A stretch of DNA of 63,459 bases, counting the filler, from Bigelowiella natans CCMP2755 (Eukaryota; Protista; Cercozoa): NCBI GenBank assembly GCA_000320545.1. It is 5 parts of 5 records of this genome, joined end to end, with 100 filler letters (N's around TTAATTAATTAA, not from the genome) between each part and the next. Parts side by side here need not be neighbours in the genome. Positions count along the whole stretch, not along the records: positions 37,338 to 53,199 come from ADNK01001711.1; 4 more parts are not named here. One strand, given 5' to 3'. Positions 38,601 to 53,199 of this stretch are shown one piece after another. The notes below the pieces were generated by a model that was not told the DNA's origin, searched no databases, and saw only the letters and a program-made list of their open reading frames with translations. A program made the translations under genes and the position numbers. Each line of letters opens with the position of its first letter. The stretch's first letter is position 1.

Positions 38601-39445
38601 CGTATAATATCAGAGTCGCTTTATTGCTTCTCGTCGTCAAGAAACAGCAGCCGCTGATCGTAGTGAACACGCACCTGCTATTTCCCCATCATCCGTACGT
38701 GATCTCCCCCGCTCCTTCGCATTTTGTATTGCTATTGCGCCGCGGCAAAGAGCGGGGTAGAGTGGGGGGGGGGGGGGGGGGGGAGGGTATAAAACGCTAG
38801 TAGCACTAAATCTATGCAATATAGAATTTGTGAGAGAAAAGCGTTGTCATTAGCGTCTCGATTCTTGACTTTGAGGAGAAAGTTTCCCGCTTATCCGCAG
38901 TGCGTGCGTGTGTGTTTGTGTACCAGGTATTCCACGGATATTCGTCTCCGAGAGGTCCGGAAGATCCTTTGTTTCATCGACGTCTACGTGAAGTAAGCAG
39001 ATAGCGGACGTTCACGTCCTCATCACGCACCAACATTGACAGCAGTGACGATAAGAAAAAACGGCGCTACCAAACCGAGAAACTCCCCCCCCCCCCCCCG
39101 CCAAAACGGAAATTAAGCCTGAACATGCCACCATTCATTTCCCGGGCTGCGTTGCAATCGTCGTCGCTGCTGCCCTCGCCTGGTTTTGCAAAAATAATTC
39201 GAATGTGAAAGTAGAACGCATCATTTCTCATAGGAAAAAGCACTGGCATTGTCTGTCGGCCCTCCATCCTCATTTGCTGATTCATGCTGCTGCTGCTGCT
39301 GCTTTCAGGGAGAAGGGTCTTAACAACGTGCCAGTGGTGATTTGCGGGGACTTCAATGGATCTCCGGTGGGATGCCATTTGATGACACATCATGCGCTGC
39401 TGATATTGCAATCTCCTCAAGACACATACACACACATACACACAT

Positions 39446-39530
<85 letters not shown>

Positions 39531-39963
39531 CATATATATTGCGTTCAATTTTGTAATGGCCTGAGCGATAGATGTAGGCGGCTGTGGTTTCTCACCGCCC
39601 ACTGCTGCATTCTCTATGGTCTTTTATAGCAAGGTGCGGTAGGAAGCTACATGCAAAGCCAGGGTTTCGAGTTACTTTGCGGCCCTGACATCGGTAAAGA
39701 GAGGAGGGGGACAGGGGGGGGAGGGGGGAGGGGGAGGGCAAGGGCGAAGAGAGAGAGAGGGAGAGGAAGAGTAGAAATTGAGGATACATGTTACCGTGAA
39801 AGCAAAATCTCCTTAGAAGACATGTAGCCCGAACTATTTGATGGCTCGATCTCCAATTGAGCACGTTTGGAGAGTGAAATGATACAAAGCAGCAATCGTA
39901 TGATTGTAACACTAGTCTCCCTTTTGACCTCTCAGCATGGCTATTTTGCATAATATATATTTT

Positions 39964-39999
<36 letters not shown>

Positions 40000-40049
40000 A
40001 TATTTATACATTTATCTACACACATACATGCCTTTTACATAAAATCTCC

Positions 40050-40094
<45 letters not shown>

Positions 40095-40233
40095 ATGATG
40101 CCTTGCTCAGCTGGAGAAAACGGCCATAATGAAGGATGGGTGACGCATCGGAATCACAAAGACACAAACGTACCGACCTATCATGATAGTTAGTGCGCGA
40201 GCGCAGCACACACAAACACGAATGAGTCGTGTA

Positions 40234-40271
<38 letters not shown>

Positions 40272-40599
40272 GGTGAATGTATATACATGGCATTTGGCAT
40301 GATCTTGAATGAGCGCGGCGATGAAATTATCAAGGGTGTATAAGCTCCTGTCTCAAGACTGTATTTTGACCATTGACTTTCTTATTATGCTCTAATTCTA
40401 TCCTCCTGATCGTCACCACCATCATCATCATCATCGTCGTCCTACTACCCACCTACCAGATATTCTGTGACCTAATATGGGTACTCAATCCCTCGAAAAA
40501 GAGCAGGTACACGCCATCGGCACTAATTTGGCAGCAGAGAGAGAGAGAGAGAGAGAGAGTGAGAGAAAGAGAGAGTGAGAGTGAGAGCATAACCGATAT

Positions 40600-40630
<31 letters not shown>

Positions 40631-41192
40631 TCTATATGTATACCAATGGTGTTCGTCATCTGCAGCTTCCAGCCGCAAGATTGGAAGGACAAAGTCTTCG
40701 GTATTCGCTTTGACAACTACCACCGGAAACACACATCGCAAAACGGCATTCATCAATTTCGCATCGTCACCATCATAACACCATCATCACCATCATTAAA
40801 AACCATTGTCATCATCATTATCATCATCATCATCATCATCACCACCACCACCATCACGATCGTCTTTATTAACTATCACCGGCCATTCGAAACACAGTTA
40901 CTAGAGAAATAGAGACGCCAATATCTTCATCATGCGGTAGCTGCTTTAGATGGCGGCGGCTTGACGGCACGCTCACACGCATTGTCGCTGTTGTTTCTGT
41001 TTTCTGTGCGCAGCGGAGATAGACAAGAAAATATCGGAGAGAAACCTGACGCTCTCGCAAAGCTTCAAGATGGTGCTGCGATGGCCCTCGTCCCACCACA
41101 CACAAACGCACACATTTTGCCGTATCTAGGCACCAAATGGCTGTTTATATTGTATATAAATACGACCTATGTACTACATGTTCATATTAATA

Positions 41193-41255
<63 letters not shown>

Positions 41256-41347
41256 TTGTGCGGTTTCTTCGTATTTGCAGTTCTTCGATCAAGATAGCAA
41301 TGATCTAGTTGATTCCATGGAGTTCAGACGCGCTATAAATGTACCAA

Positions 41348-41388
<41 letters not shown>

Positions 41389-41667
41389 CTCTGTCTCTGT
41401 TTCGCAACTTAAATATAAATAAATTTCAATATGTGTGTGTATATATATAATATAATTATGTATATGTATATAGCAGCTACGAGCAAGTTAAAAGCGAACA
41501 TGCATGACGCCACTAACGATTCTTCTTCTTCTCCTTCTTCTTCTTCATCATCTAATTTTCTTCTTTTTCCTCTTCTTCCTCTTAGGAGCTCGGGTTCCAG
41601 GGAGAATCGACGGCACACCTGTTAGGTAGTCCACGTTGCACATGTGTGTGCGTGTATATTTATATTC

Positions 41668-41707
<40 letters not shown>

Positions 41708-42398
41708 CATATAATATGCGCTTTACATCCACTCGTATTCCGTTTCGCAGCTGCCGCCCATGCGGCGCTTATTAGAGTGTTGGTGCTATCTTTGCACACA
41801 AAGGTTATGATTGATCTAGAGCCTGAGGACTGCTACCACCGCTACTACTACTACTACTACTACTACTTCCGCTGATGATGACGTTGTCGCCTCTCTTTTA
41901 ATAGACATCGAGATCGACGAGCTGATGAGCTCCGCGGACAGGGATCACAACGGCAAGGTTGACTACAAGGAGTTTATTGACCGATTCTGGAAAGCAAACT
42001 CGCAGCCGGAACTACTCATCGGTATGTGCTCCTTGACAACGATGATGACGACGACTACTATCCATTCATGCAGCTTTTGTGATTTCAAGCAGCTTCCTTT
42101 CCGCCATTCCGTTCCCCCCCTTCCTCTCCCTCCCTCCCTCCCTTCCTCCCTTACACCTCTCTCGTTTATCTTCTTTGCATAGGGATATCTGCGGCAGAGA
42201 ACTCTTTAGATGATGCAGATGTTAAGGTAGCATCTAGTGGCGAATGAAGGAGGGGGGCGGGGCAGAAGGAGATGGGGGCAAAGGGAGGAGGTTGTTTGGA
42301 CGACTGGAGGGGCTATGTTTTCAGCATATTAGCACGTCATATTTATATATTCTACATACGATATAATAATATTGCTTTTGCCACACACACACACACAC

Positions 42399-42437
<39 letters not shown>

Positions 42438-42614
42438 GCACACATATGAGATTCTAATCGATCGGTCGCACCGCATCATTCGCGTATTTCATGCGTTGTA
42501 AAAATAATAGTTCTTACGAGGGAATGAAACACAGAAGATCCAGCTCTCGCAGGTAATATATATGCAATGGGCGTTTGCCGCACTACACAGTTATCATCAA
42601 AACGCAATACGAAT

Positions 42615-42653
<39 letters not shown>

Positions 42654-43212
42654 CCCCTCTCTCCCCCCCCCCCCCCCTCCCTCTCCTCTCTCTCTCAAGT
42701 TGACATGATTCCGCCCTTCAAGCCTCAATTTCTCGTATCCTTTTTCCATTTATGATACTCTGCTGGTCGTTATCATTCTCACCTCACACTCCTACCCCCC
42801 CGCCCTCCCGCCCCCTTCCCTTTTCTCCTAAAGGAGGAGGCTGAAAATTTGCTCCAAGTCGTGCAAAATAGCCAAGTGAATAACGTGGTAAAAAAGCACA
42901 CGCTGTAGGAACTTCAATTCATACCAAAATCTAACGGCCCAACCACTACCAAACCCATTTATCCGTGCTTCTTTCGGTGGCTCATTATTTTTTTTATTCC
43001 GGCCCCAAAAGCGGCATTTCTCATGGTTTGTTTTCTGTCGTTTGGGGGGGGGGGGGGGGGGAGAGAGAGAAACAACTAGAAATAAAAAAGCGCTCGATTC
43101 TGGTACACGGGGCCCAGTGGATGTGCGTGCTCAATGCGGCGGCGGCAGCGGCGGCGCGGCGATGATGAGAGATGTGCCTGCTCACTTATTTTTTTTTTGA
43201 ATTTGTTTCCGT

Positions 43213-43255
<43 letters not shown>

Positions 43256-43495
43256 TTGTCGCACAGGCGTTGAATCTGGAACCAGTGGAGGGGCATATCG
43301 TTCCCAAAGCTATGGAGAGAGGTAGTATGCATTGTGCTACCGGTGACCAGCTCCCTCATCTTGCTGCTGCTGTCTGCTAGTACATCGCATGTGTTTATAT
43401 GGGTGTGTACTATGTATGCGACATATCAATTTTGTATACACGCTTCTTCTCTTCTATATATCTCCTCCCCCCGCCCCCCCCCTTGGCTCCGATTC

Positions 43496-43575
<80 letters not shown>

Positions 43576-43920
43576 CGCTTGCTTGTTTGTGCGTTTAATT
43601 GCGCGATTTTAAGAAATGCGAGCGAGATAATGTCGCCACAGTAGTAGCACAGGCAATAAGCAAGAAAGCTCACAATCTTTCTTCATTGCTATGATGACAT
43701 TAAGGAACATGGCCAAGTGACTGGACACTTTCCGATCACGGGCTAGTGACCTCGACCTTCAGGTGTGCGCATGTGTATGCAAGGAAGAACGAACGACGTT
43801 GGGAAGATCGATCTGTGTTTCACTTTATTTTCTGATTGGCGGACCGCACCATTGCCGTAAGAGTTGAGACGAAATAAATCGATGTTTGTTTCGAAAATAC
43901 CCCGCAGTCTGAAAAAATGA
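37430..43920 (+). CDS. Endonuclease/exonuclease/phosphatase (EEP) family protein with inserted EF-hands, similar to plant At1g02270-type calcium-binding proteins; 5' end lost at the gap
   Basis: Motifs ALQEMW, LFQDCGDR-VA, VVNTHLLFPH, VICGDFNG, WVTHRNH, DLIWVLNP and WPSDWTLSDHG. EF-hands FFDQDSNDLVDSMEF and ADRDHNGKVDYKEF. Confidence 0.9.
37986..38083. repeat. Degenerate intronic (TCAA)n tetranucleotide repeat
   Basis: Directly visible. Confidence 0.75.
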
Positions 43921-44100
43921 AGCTTCGGCTCGAATGGCGGAAGACCCGAGCAAAATGATGATGAGGAGGAGGAGCGAGCATCCTATCAGTCAAATCATAT
44001 GAGCTAGAAAGCCACAATTTTGATGAGTTAGAATGACCGAATGCACTGTGTAGCTTCAATTAGTTAGTGCAAATGTATCGATAATCCATCCAAGCATGTA

Positions 44101-44550
44101 CATGAGTGCTGCAAATGCCAACACAAAAATCTTGATCGATTGCTGTGCGTGATTCACGTTCCATGCAGCCAATCAATGCAATGAGTCGCGTGCTAGCGTG
44201 GTCGGAAAACACAACGATCGAATGCAACACACACGCGTTCCAAATGCATGTCATGCTGTGTCCACTGATCAGGAATCATGTGCGTGCGATCGATCGCGCT
44301 GATGATCAAGCATGCGCTCGCACACACTGGCATCGTTGCTAGCGTTGGCCTGATGCGAATTTGCGTCACATCACTGCTGCTCTTTGCTAGTTTGGCTCTG
44401 CTTCACTTGTGTTGCGTTCGTTCACGCACTCGTTCTTTTAGCTCGTGCTCTCGAGGTTTGGCAACAAAGCGCCCACACCGCGCGTGGTTCAATCAAGCAA
44501 TGAATGAAAACGCAGGTTGCAAGCTCAACATTTGAGCTGCGACATCGTTT
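44101..44550. other. Second TpA-depleted intergenic tract
   Basis: 4 TA in 450 bp: three CTAG and one TTAG. Confidence 0.85.
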
Positions 44551-44819
44551 TTATCGTGCCGCAGGTGAAAATTGGGTTAATCGCTCCAATTCGTAGGGCA
44601 TTTTCACGACTTTCCACGCTCGCTCTGCGTTTCATGCATGGTTGGCACAGGCCTGGAGCGACTTATTAAAGCCTCAGTCTTTGTCGCACCATTATCAATG
44701 CAGTTTTTCACACGCGACATGGTATTTGAGGCTAATACGAGTAGATTTTAGCTCGTACGCAGAAGTCAGAGTACAAGCTAAAATCTACTCACACTTGAAC
44801 GCCTACCCCCTGCTGAGTT

Positions 44820-46562
44820 ATGCATCGAGATTACGCTGCTGGCGTCAGGACAAGCACAGAAAAGACAGATGGATGGAACGCTCCGTATGCTAACCACGGA
44901 GCCAAGTACTCCCCCTCACGGTCTCGCTACCAAAGCAGTAGCAGCAGACCAAACAGCTCGGGAGGCAGCGTCGGGGGAACTCGAAGCTCCCCATCCAACA
45001 CATACAATCCCGGTCACTACGCGCAGTCATCTTCACCGACGTCCAGGCCTTCGACGCAAATGAGCTATGGCGGTGGATCGATATCGAAGGCTAGACTGGG
45101 CGAACGGATGGACCAGCTGCAGGCCGAGCTGAATAGCCTTCGCGTTGAGCACCAAATCCAGCAGCAGCTTCCACACCAGCGAAGTCCTACTTATGTAAAC
45201 AGCGTCAGTCGTGAAACGCCAGGCTACAGAGGGGGGAACGTTCCATCCACTTCGTCCGGAACTCCAACGGCAGCAACGAGTTATGGGAACCCTCCTTCCC
45301 CGGCAAAGTACCTAGCAAACCAATGGGTAGCACCGCAGAGCACGCAAAACAGCCCAAAGCAACGGGTTTCTGCTGCGGATGGACCTAATAATGGGAGCTT
45401 CCAGCAAAGATCGCCGTCGGCGTACATGTCTCCCTCTCCTTCGCAGCATCAACCACGACAGAATTTATCACCGTCGCAGCCGGACGGCGCCGCTGATGGC
45501 AGAGCCGCAAAGTGGGCCACGCCAAGGTCGTACACGACTCCGGACTCCAAATCGGGCAGAACGCAAGCATGTAGTGATCACCGGAAGAAGGTTTTGAAGA
45601 TTGAGATGAAGGACCCTCTCGACCTGAGGCAAACCCTCCTCGACAACTTCAAGAAGGCAATCGTGAGTAGGGGAGGGTCGCACTCCATCGGAGCTCTTGG
45701 CCGGCTATTTCGGATAATGGACGATGACGGCAATCGCAAACTTGATGTTAACGAATTGAAAACAGGTTTGGCCGACTGCGGCGTAGTGATGGCCAAGAGT
45801 TGCTGTGCCCTGTTGATTGATGCAATAAACGGCGAACCTGGGATTGGGTTTGTGCGATACGACGACTTTTTGTATGCAATACGTGGGGAGCTTAACGAAA
45901 AGAGGAAGGAATTTGTTTTAATGGCATTCGACAGAATGGACAAGACAGGGGATGGAAAAATAGACTTCGAAGACTTAAAAAGCCGTTACAACGTGAAGCA
46001 CCATCCCGAGGTCGGAGAAAAATGTACTTGGTGGCGATCATACTCATGCATTCCGATAAGTTAGAATGAGCATTATTGATATATCACTCTAACGACCAAA
46101 TTGTCGAATTTTCGCTGAATGATGCACGAAAATGGACACCCCAAAATTCAGAACTCGTCTGCGATGCCTGGCTCATCTCTAAATGTTTCGCAGGTACAAA
46201 ACGGGAAACAAACGGAACGCGAGGCACTGGCAAAATGGCTGGCAGTCTTCGAGGGCCATGAAAAGGATGGCGTCGTGACCAAAGAAGAGTTCCTGGATTA
46301 CTACGCTCATGTGAGCGCTTCTATCGATGACGACCGGTATTTTGAGCTCATGATTCGCAACGCATGGCATATTTCCGGCGGAAAGGGGGAGTGTGCGAAC
46401 ACAAGCAACACTCGCGTCCTAGTGGACTTTAAGGATGGGACTCAAAAGGTCATTGCTCTTGAGGATGATCTCGGTGTCGACCTACGCGACTATCGCCGTC
46501 TCAAATTCCTTCTCTTTAAGCAAGGCATCACCCAAATTGCGAGAATTCGTGCATATCATTAG
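44820..46562 (+). CDS. Calcyphosin-like EF-hand protein with a long S/P/Q-rich N-terminus; one intron 46011-46193
   Basis: LGRLFRIMDDDGNRKLDVNEL, AFDRMDKTGDGKIDFEDL, YNVKHHPE|V and DGVVTKEEFLDYYAHVSASIDDDRYFELMIRNAW are calcyphosin signatures. Confidence 0.9.
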
Positions 46563-46720
46563 CAGCACCAAGCCAGTCTACATCACAGTGGTGACAGTAG
46601 ACACACAAAGTGTATAGTATATACAATATCAGTTAAAAATGTGAACTCAGGTAGCATTTTCCTCGTGAGGTACTTTGATTACGTCTTTGATACCTACACA
46701 CCGTGTACAATATGATGTGC

Positions 46721-46758
<38 letters not shown>

Positions 46759-48558
46759 CACATGCACCTGCATACGCATGTACACATGTAGTGCATGTCG
46801 CATCCTGTGTCTGTTGTAGCATTAGTGAGATGCACAAGCATTTTTGCAGTCTATCAGTAACAAAAATGGCAACATTTATAGCTAGATATAATAGCCTTCA
46901 AAGTGTCCAACATGCGTGACGTTAAATGAAAATTTCTAAGCAGAATCCTGAGCAGCGCACATTGCTACATTGAGGGCATGCATGCATCCATCCAATGATC
47001 ATACACACTGTGTCCACAGTAACCCAAGCTAGCATGTGTTCTGTTTTTGACCCATATTAGTCTCCATCTCAACGTTGTGTCGGCGCATGTGGATATCGCT
47101 CATGCAAGTTACAATTTTTTTTGCTGCATGCATGCCCGGTACGTGTTGCGGTGCAGCACCTAACAACTGCGTGCATGCTAGCATGGATAATATGGCAACG
47201 CGCTAACAAAGTGTTGCGGATGCAAGCAATATGCAATTATAATTACGTCGATATGCGCACAAGCTATATATGTAGCAGTGTTGCACACACATAGCTTGTT
47301 CCGCTTTGCGATGCTACTCTCTCAGGAATCGAATGGAGACACGTACTATGTATATGCGCCATGTGCATGGTCTTCACACGCATCGCATGCATGTACATGA
47401 GCACGGAGTGCAATATTTAACGATAAAATATTGAGCATGACAATATAACAAAAGAATGCACAAGAATAATTGCGGAAATTGTGCACCAAAATAACACCTC
47501 GTATCCCTCAAATAAACTTTAGATGATTACTTTCTGAATATGTTGCAGCAAATGCAACTCTCTTCCTGTCAAATCATCGAGTATCACGTACATAGTGACA
47601 CATACTCTCCATTTTTAAAACGTACTAGAGTTTAACTTCATGTATTTCATCCAGCAATGCAATAGCGAGATCGGAAAAATACTCTTACGAATAGACAATA
47701 TATAAAGCCAATATTCCTAAAGTTGAAAAAAAACTTTAATGTAAATTAAGCTATCACTGACAACATAATTTCTTCGAGGAAGTATACTCTCATTTCTTCC
47801 ACAGCAACCCAGTAGTACACATAGTAGGAACGAATATAAAACTAATGGTAAAAGTTTCCATGCATAAGTAGACTACCAAACTAAATAGAGATTGGTACTT
47901 CAGTTCAGAACGTGTTACATGTTACATGTTTCCTTCTTCCCTTCTTTCAAACCTTGCATACTAAAAAACGATAATTCACGTCAAAAGTCAAACGGTGTAT
48001 ATATCTTGAAAAAACCGACAAGAACATCTGCTGTAGTTTGGATTTAGTTTATTTAAATGAAAAGCTACTTTTTGTAATTATCTGGGCCATAAGATTTTAA
48101 AAAATATTTTAGGCGTATGGGTGATAGAAGGCACGGCGAGGGAGCACTCTTTAGTGATACTTGAGAATCCAGATCGATAACTACTGGGAGAAATGAAAAC
48201 GACGATTTTAAATAATTGAGTCCGTAAACGGCTTTCTCCCTTTATGTTACTATTTTAGATTAGAAATTTCTTGGTATCGATTACTGTAGGAGAGCGGGTG
48301 AGGGTTGTTCCAAATGGAACAGCCGAAAAATAAAAGAGGGCCATGGCGAGATCATTAGGAAAGATATTGCGTTAATAGATTAAAGGTATCAAAGAGTCAA
48401 AGAGAAAGAACAAAAGAAACATGCGGCAGCTCCAACTCGCTGTATTTCGTACGGATTAGGGTGAGGAGTGACGTATACTTTGCCCCTTGGGCTTCCCATT
48501 TTGAACAAGAAATCAGAATAGCTTGGGGATGATTTCAATGAAAACAAAAAGAAACATC

Positions 48559-50339
48559 CTAGGTAGCCACATTTTTGGGAGCCTTAGGATCTTGACCAAA
48601 GAATCGAATCATCCGCTGCATAACTAAACCTGCACCTGCCTTGTTGCCATTTCGAAGATAGGCTTGCATGAGTTTGTTAAAGGTAACGGCTGTAGGACGA
48701 GTTTTTCCACACCTATTCATTTCTCGCAATATCTTTTCTGCTGCAAGTACTCTGCCATGGCGCGCATGAAGTCCCATCAGAACATTATAGGTCGTATTTG
48801 TAGGAGCCACTCCTGTCAGACTCATATGCTCGAATACGTCTTGGGCGCCTTTGACATCGGGCACGTTTGAATATGCCAGGAGAAGAGTATTGTACGTAAT
48901 TACATCAGGTTTCTTTATCATTGAGAAGACCCTTTGTGCATTGCGCGAGTCCCCACGATTTGCATATCCTTGCATTAAAGTGGTGAGGGTGACGTTGTTT
49001 GGTCGAACCCTCTCCCTCTGCATCCAACTTAGCATGGCCTCGGCTTTGTCGACATTGCCCTGGTCCACATGCGCCTTCATAAGAGCGCTGAAGGTGAACA
49101 CATCCGGCTTCACTTTCGCTCGTAGCATGCGACTGAGGACAATATCAGCCGCCTTCTGATTGCCCCCCTTCACATAAGCCTTTATTAAAGTCGTGAAAGT
49201 GATGACGCTAGGGGTTAGACCCGCATGCATCATCTGCTGAAGTACATGCTGGGCCCCTGAAAAATTTTCTTTTGTGACGTATGCTTGCATAAGGGTGTTG
49301 TAGCTTACAGCGTTAGGCTGGACACCAAACTTTTCCATTGATAATAGAATTCGTTCCGCACCAGAAACATTACCAAGCTTAACGTAACCTTGCATAATGG
49401 TGCTGAAGGTCTGCACGGTTGGCTTGACTCCAGCCCATTTCATGCGATGGACGACCCGCTCCGCGCGTTCCATGTCGCCCTCGTTTACATAAGCTAGAGT
49501 GAGAGCATTGTACGTGAAAATGTCAGGCATAGCACCAGCATGTTCCATCCTGTCGCGAAGGTCTTCAGCCCTTTTTGATTCCGCTTTTCGGGCATATGCC
49601 GTGATCAGGGTATTGTACGAAACAACGTCTGGGGTTGCTCCTGCACCAAGCATCTCTTCGAATACTCTGTCTGCGCTCTTAACATCTCCCTACACGATGA
49701 TATTAACACGACTTTTTAGCCAAAACACAAAAAGAAACTAACGGAATAATATAGAAGTGTACACATTTTTTTAAAAGCAACAATAGAAATGAATGTTATG
49801 ACCTGCTTTGCATAGGCTTGCATTAAGATACTATAGCTGATCTGGTCCGGCTTCACCCCAGCTCCCTTCATTCGCTGTAAAATAATTTCTGCCATTCTTG
49901 CATTACCCATTCGGGTGTAGCAAGAGAGTAGAGCATTGAAGTGATAAAAGTTGGGTTTATTGATGAGCGTAAAAGCTTTCTCCAGCTCGTCATTGTAGCC
50001 TAAACGCCCAAGAGCCACAAGAACTTGAGTCCATTGCATCTTAGTAACCTTGGCTGGATTTCGCTGATACGCCTTTACGGCCTTTCGTTGTTTTGGAGGC
50101 AATTGATGAAGTCTTTCATAATTTTTGAACTTCCGTTGAGGAACAGGAGGAATGTCTGTTCGTCGTTGAGTTTGAGCCTTGCGAAGAGTTCTTGATTTGC
50201 GGAAATTTGTCGGAGCGATAAAAATCTTCTCAGAAGTGCGCCCTGCCATGGGGATAGTTTTGCTCTGTGAGCTATGAGCCCACGATGATATCTGGAAACA
50301 GTTCATTAAAGTTGACATATTAGATGCCATACTTCCCAT
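48559..50339 (-). CDS. Pentatricopeptide repeat protein (13 motifs); intron 49690-49802; the true start may lie further upstream
   Basis: Tandem 35-aa motifs such as PDVVSYNTLITAYAR, PNAVSYNTLMQAY and PDVITYNTLL. Confidence 0.93.
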
Positions 50340-51817
50340 AAGACAGTTTTCAATTTAGTCAGACAAAACATGCATCCCCTTCACAGCATGGCAATTTAAG
50401 CTGCAGTATTTATTGCTACTTTTGGAGCCTTCATTACAAACATCTCTACAGGTCACATAGAGATGCCCCATGTTAAAGAACACATTCGCAAAGCTGAAAA
50501 CACTTTACCGTGAGGACATTCATTTTACTTCTTAGCTCGTTCATAGCTTAGCTTCCGTGCACGTGTAGAATGATCAAAAGGGAGCGCGGTGCACACGCAA
50601 AGCTAATTTTGGTCTTCGAGAAGTTGTTTTCAGACCGTAGGAGCAGCTGATATAGATAATTTAGGTATCGAAGCATGCTGTTTACCCTGTTACGACATTA
50701 GATCAGTGTAATTACAGGAGAAATTGGGAGGGAGGCAATTTCTCCTGATCAGCAGCTGCCGCACGAGTCATGAAGCTGTTCCTCTTCGCCGCAATGATGC
50801 AAGAACTTTTAAGGCATAAAGTGAAAACCAGTTGGATTTAAAGTGACAAGAATTACCTGTGGGCTATTTCGTTTACCATTTACCAGCTTTTTGGTGTAGA
50901 GAGATTCAACTAAGCAAATTGCATGGAAAATCACATGCAAATTTGTTTTGACACTCCTTTTCCCTATGATTGGTGACTCTTAAACGATTGAAGAGCTTTT
51001 CATAGGTTCTCCACCAAATCATCATTTTGAATTGTAAAATCAGGGGGCTTTGTCGACTTTTTCAAAATGAAAGACTTGCTGCGTACTTTTCGGATAAACT
51101 CTTCACAACCTCTCCCCGAGTTCAGACTAAACAAAGTGCAATAGAACATATTCTGGAAATGACATTGACAAAATAGAATGACTTTGGACAGAAATTAGAA
51201 TTATCCGCCTACAACTTGGCAAAACTTGAAAACTCAAATAACATTTGTTCATCTTAATGACATCGCTAATATCGGGAGAAAAGGTCAGCTGGCACTGGTT
51301 TGCTTGTAGAATCGATACGAAAAGGTAAATGGAACCCGAAAAAGCCATTTCTCACGTGATCATTTGTCTTTTTGCCGATTTTCTATTCCTGGTACCCCCT
51401 ATTTCAGAAAAAAGAACAACTACTTCCCTTCACACTGTACCAACGTTAGAAACAAAATATCGGCAGCTGCAGCAGCATCTCGGAGAAGTCTGTGTCAGGA
51501 GTCTGTGTTTGCAGTGAATAAACGGAGGAGAATTGCGGTGAAATTGAAATTCCGAAAGCGGATTCTCCAATAAAAAGCCCTTTGGGAGCTGTCCAAAATA
51601 CCGAGGTAGACGATTATTTACGAATTGTTGGAAATCCAGCCGTATTTTTATGGACGACATTCAATTTAGGGCCTTAACACAAACAAAGAAAGGGCGCCTG
51701 GGTATTGGAAAAGGAACCGTCGTCCCCTAGGAGAGGGGCAGATATGGGGCACACAATGACGGTGCTGAATGATGCTGACACTGGGTTGACATCTCACTTA
51801 CGAATAGAAAGGGACAG

Positions 51818-53199
51818 ATGGTTCAAGGCGGAGCAATCGCAATAGCACCCGGTGTTGAAATGTCGATATCCTTAGCGGACTTTGTCCCCGGGGAGATGTA
51901 CAGGTCTCTTCATGTGCAACTGCAGCTGTCAGGATGCTCTTCTCTCCTTGAGTGCGCCCGATTTCCGTTTCTGCTATGTTCAGAGTATGCGTCACGCATC
52001 GAGACGGCAAGGAGAGAATAGCTGCAACCTTCTTCGCTCCCCGGCTGACGAGTAATATGGAGATTGTGTCGGCGAAAACGGATTTGAAGGATCTTAGATT
52101 TCTGTTGGATCAAGAGCTACAGTGCGTAGCAACTCTCACTATGCGAACTATGCGAACCGGCCACATACACACACGCACACAAATGTACACACATGTGCAT
52201 ACATTATATCTATTTACTGAACTCGACAAACGTTGCATGCTATTTGAACCATTAATGCAGAAATACATAAAAACATATATATTCTCTTTATATTCACCGA
52301 TGTATGTGTTTGTGTGTTTGGGTCGGTGTGTTTGTTTTTACAATTATGACGTATGGTTCCAGGTACTTAACAAGGCAAGTGCTAATGGGTGTAGTTCTCT
52401 CTGACCGTGACTCACCCCACGGCATGCGCTTCGAGGACGTTTTCATTTCCAACGAACTAATCGCGTACATGCTGCTTCACCGCATCGCTCATTGCGTGGA
52501 AGATGCAGAGGGCATGGGGCAACGGCTACTGGATGCTGGGGTAGAGGAACATTTTGTCGCTCCATGTAGATGTTCATGCAAGTAGCGTTTTGACGTAAAA
52601 CTAAAGCGTGTCCTTACATCGTTCTCGTGAGAAGAAAATTAGATAGTTGTTGGGTCACCACTCCCCATTGTTGTAGGCATGCCATCCCGCCATCATCGCC
52701 CCTCTTTCATTAGGTATTTGAGGCTGCGGTAGATACCCCAACTCATTCCGCAACCACTTTATCCCCTTCTACGTGAATGAAGAGCACGAGAGCGTCCGGA
52801 CCGTTTTCACGCGTGTGTTGGACGAAGTGGGCAGCGGGGGGGCGACGGCGGAGCACTACAGATTTGAATAGTAAGCGCCTTGAGAAAAACGCAACACATG
52901 ATCACCATGAATTACATCACTTCTATCCGCCATGGACCCTTAAGATTTGAAAGACTGCACAAAAACCCTTGCGCCTCCATCAGTTTTTTCGCGAAACAAC
53001 GGAGTCACGGCCCCCCCCGAGCACTAGAAGCGAGGGCCTTGGAGGGATGGCTCGAGAAGAAAAACCGGCTCGGCATATATCAGCGCCGGTACTTTCGAAT
53101 ATTACCAGGCTCTAGGAGTCACAGGGAGGAGGGAGGGATCGACGTTCTTAGCTACTTCAACGGCAAACTATCGATAGAACCGCATGCTGCAATTCCATT
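51818..53199 (+). CDS. DEP-domain plus PH-domain protein, partial (3' end lost at the gap; 5' end uncertain)
   Basis: FEDVFISNELIAYML...AEGMGQRLLDAG-VF is DEP-like; LEGWLEKKNRLGIYQRRYFRI...VLSYF is PH-like. Confidence 0.7.

Noticed and set aside
46700-47400. Possible weak TpA erosion here (also 11340-11800 and 33640-34000), given many GCATGC/TGCA words
   Set aside because: TA counts are near ordinary levels by eye; a statistical test is needed before claiming it.
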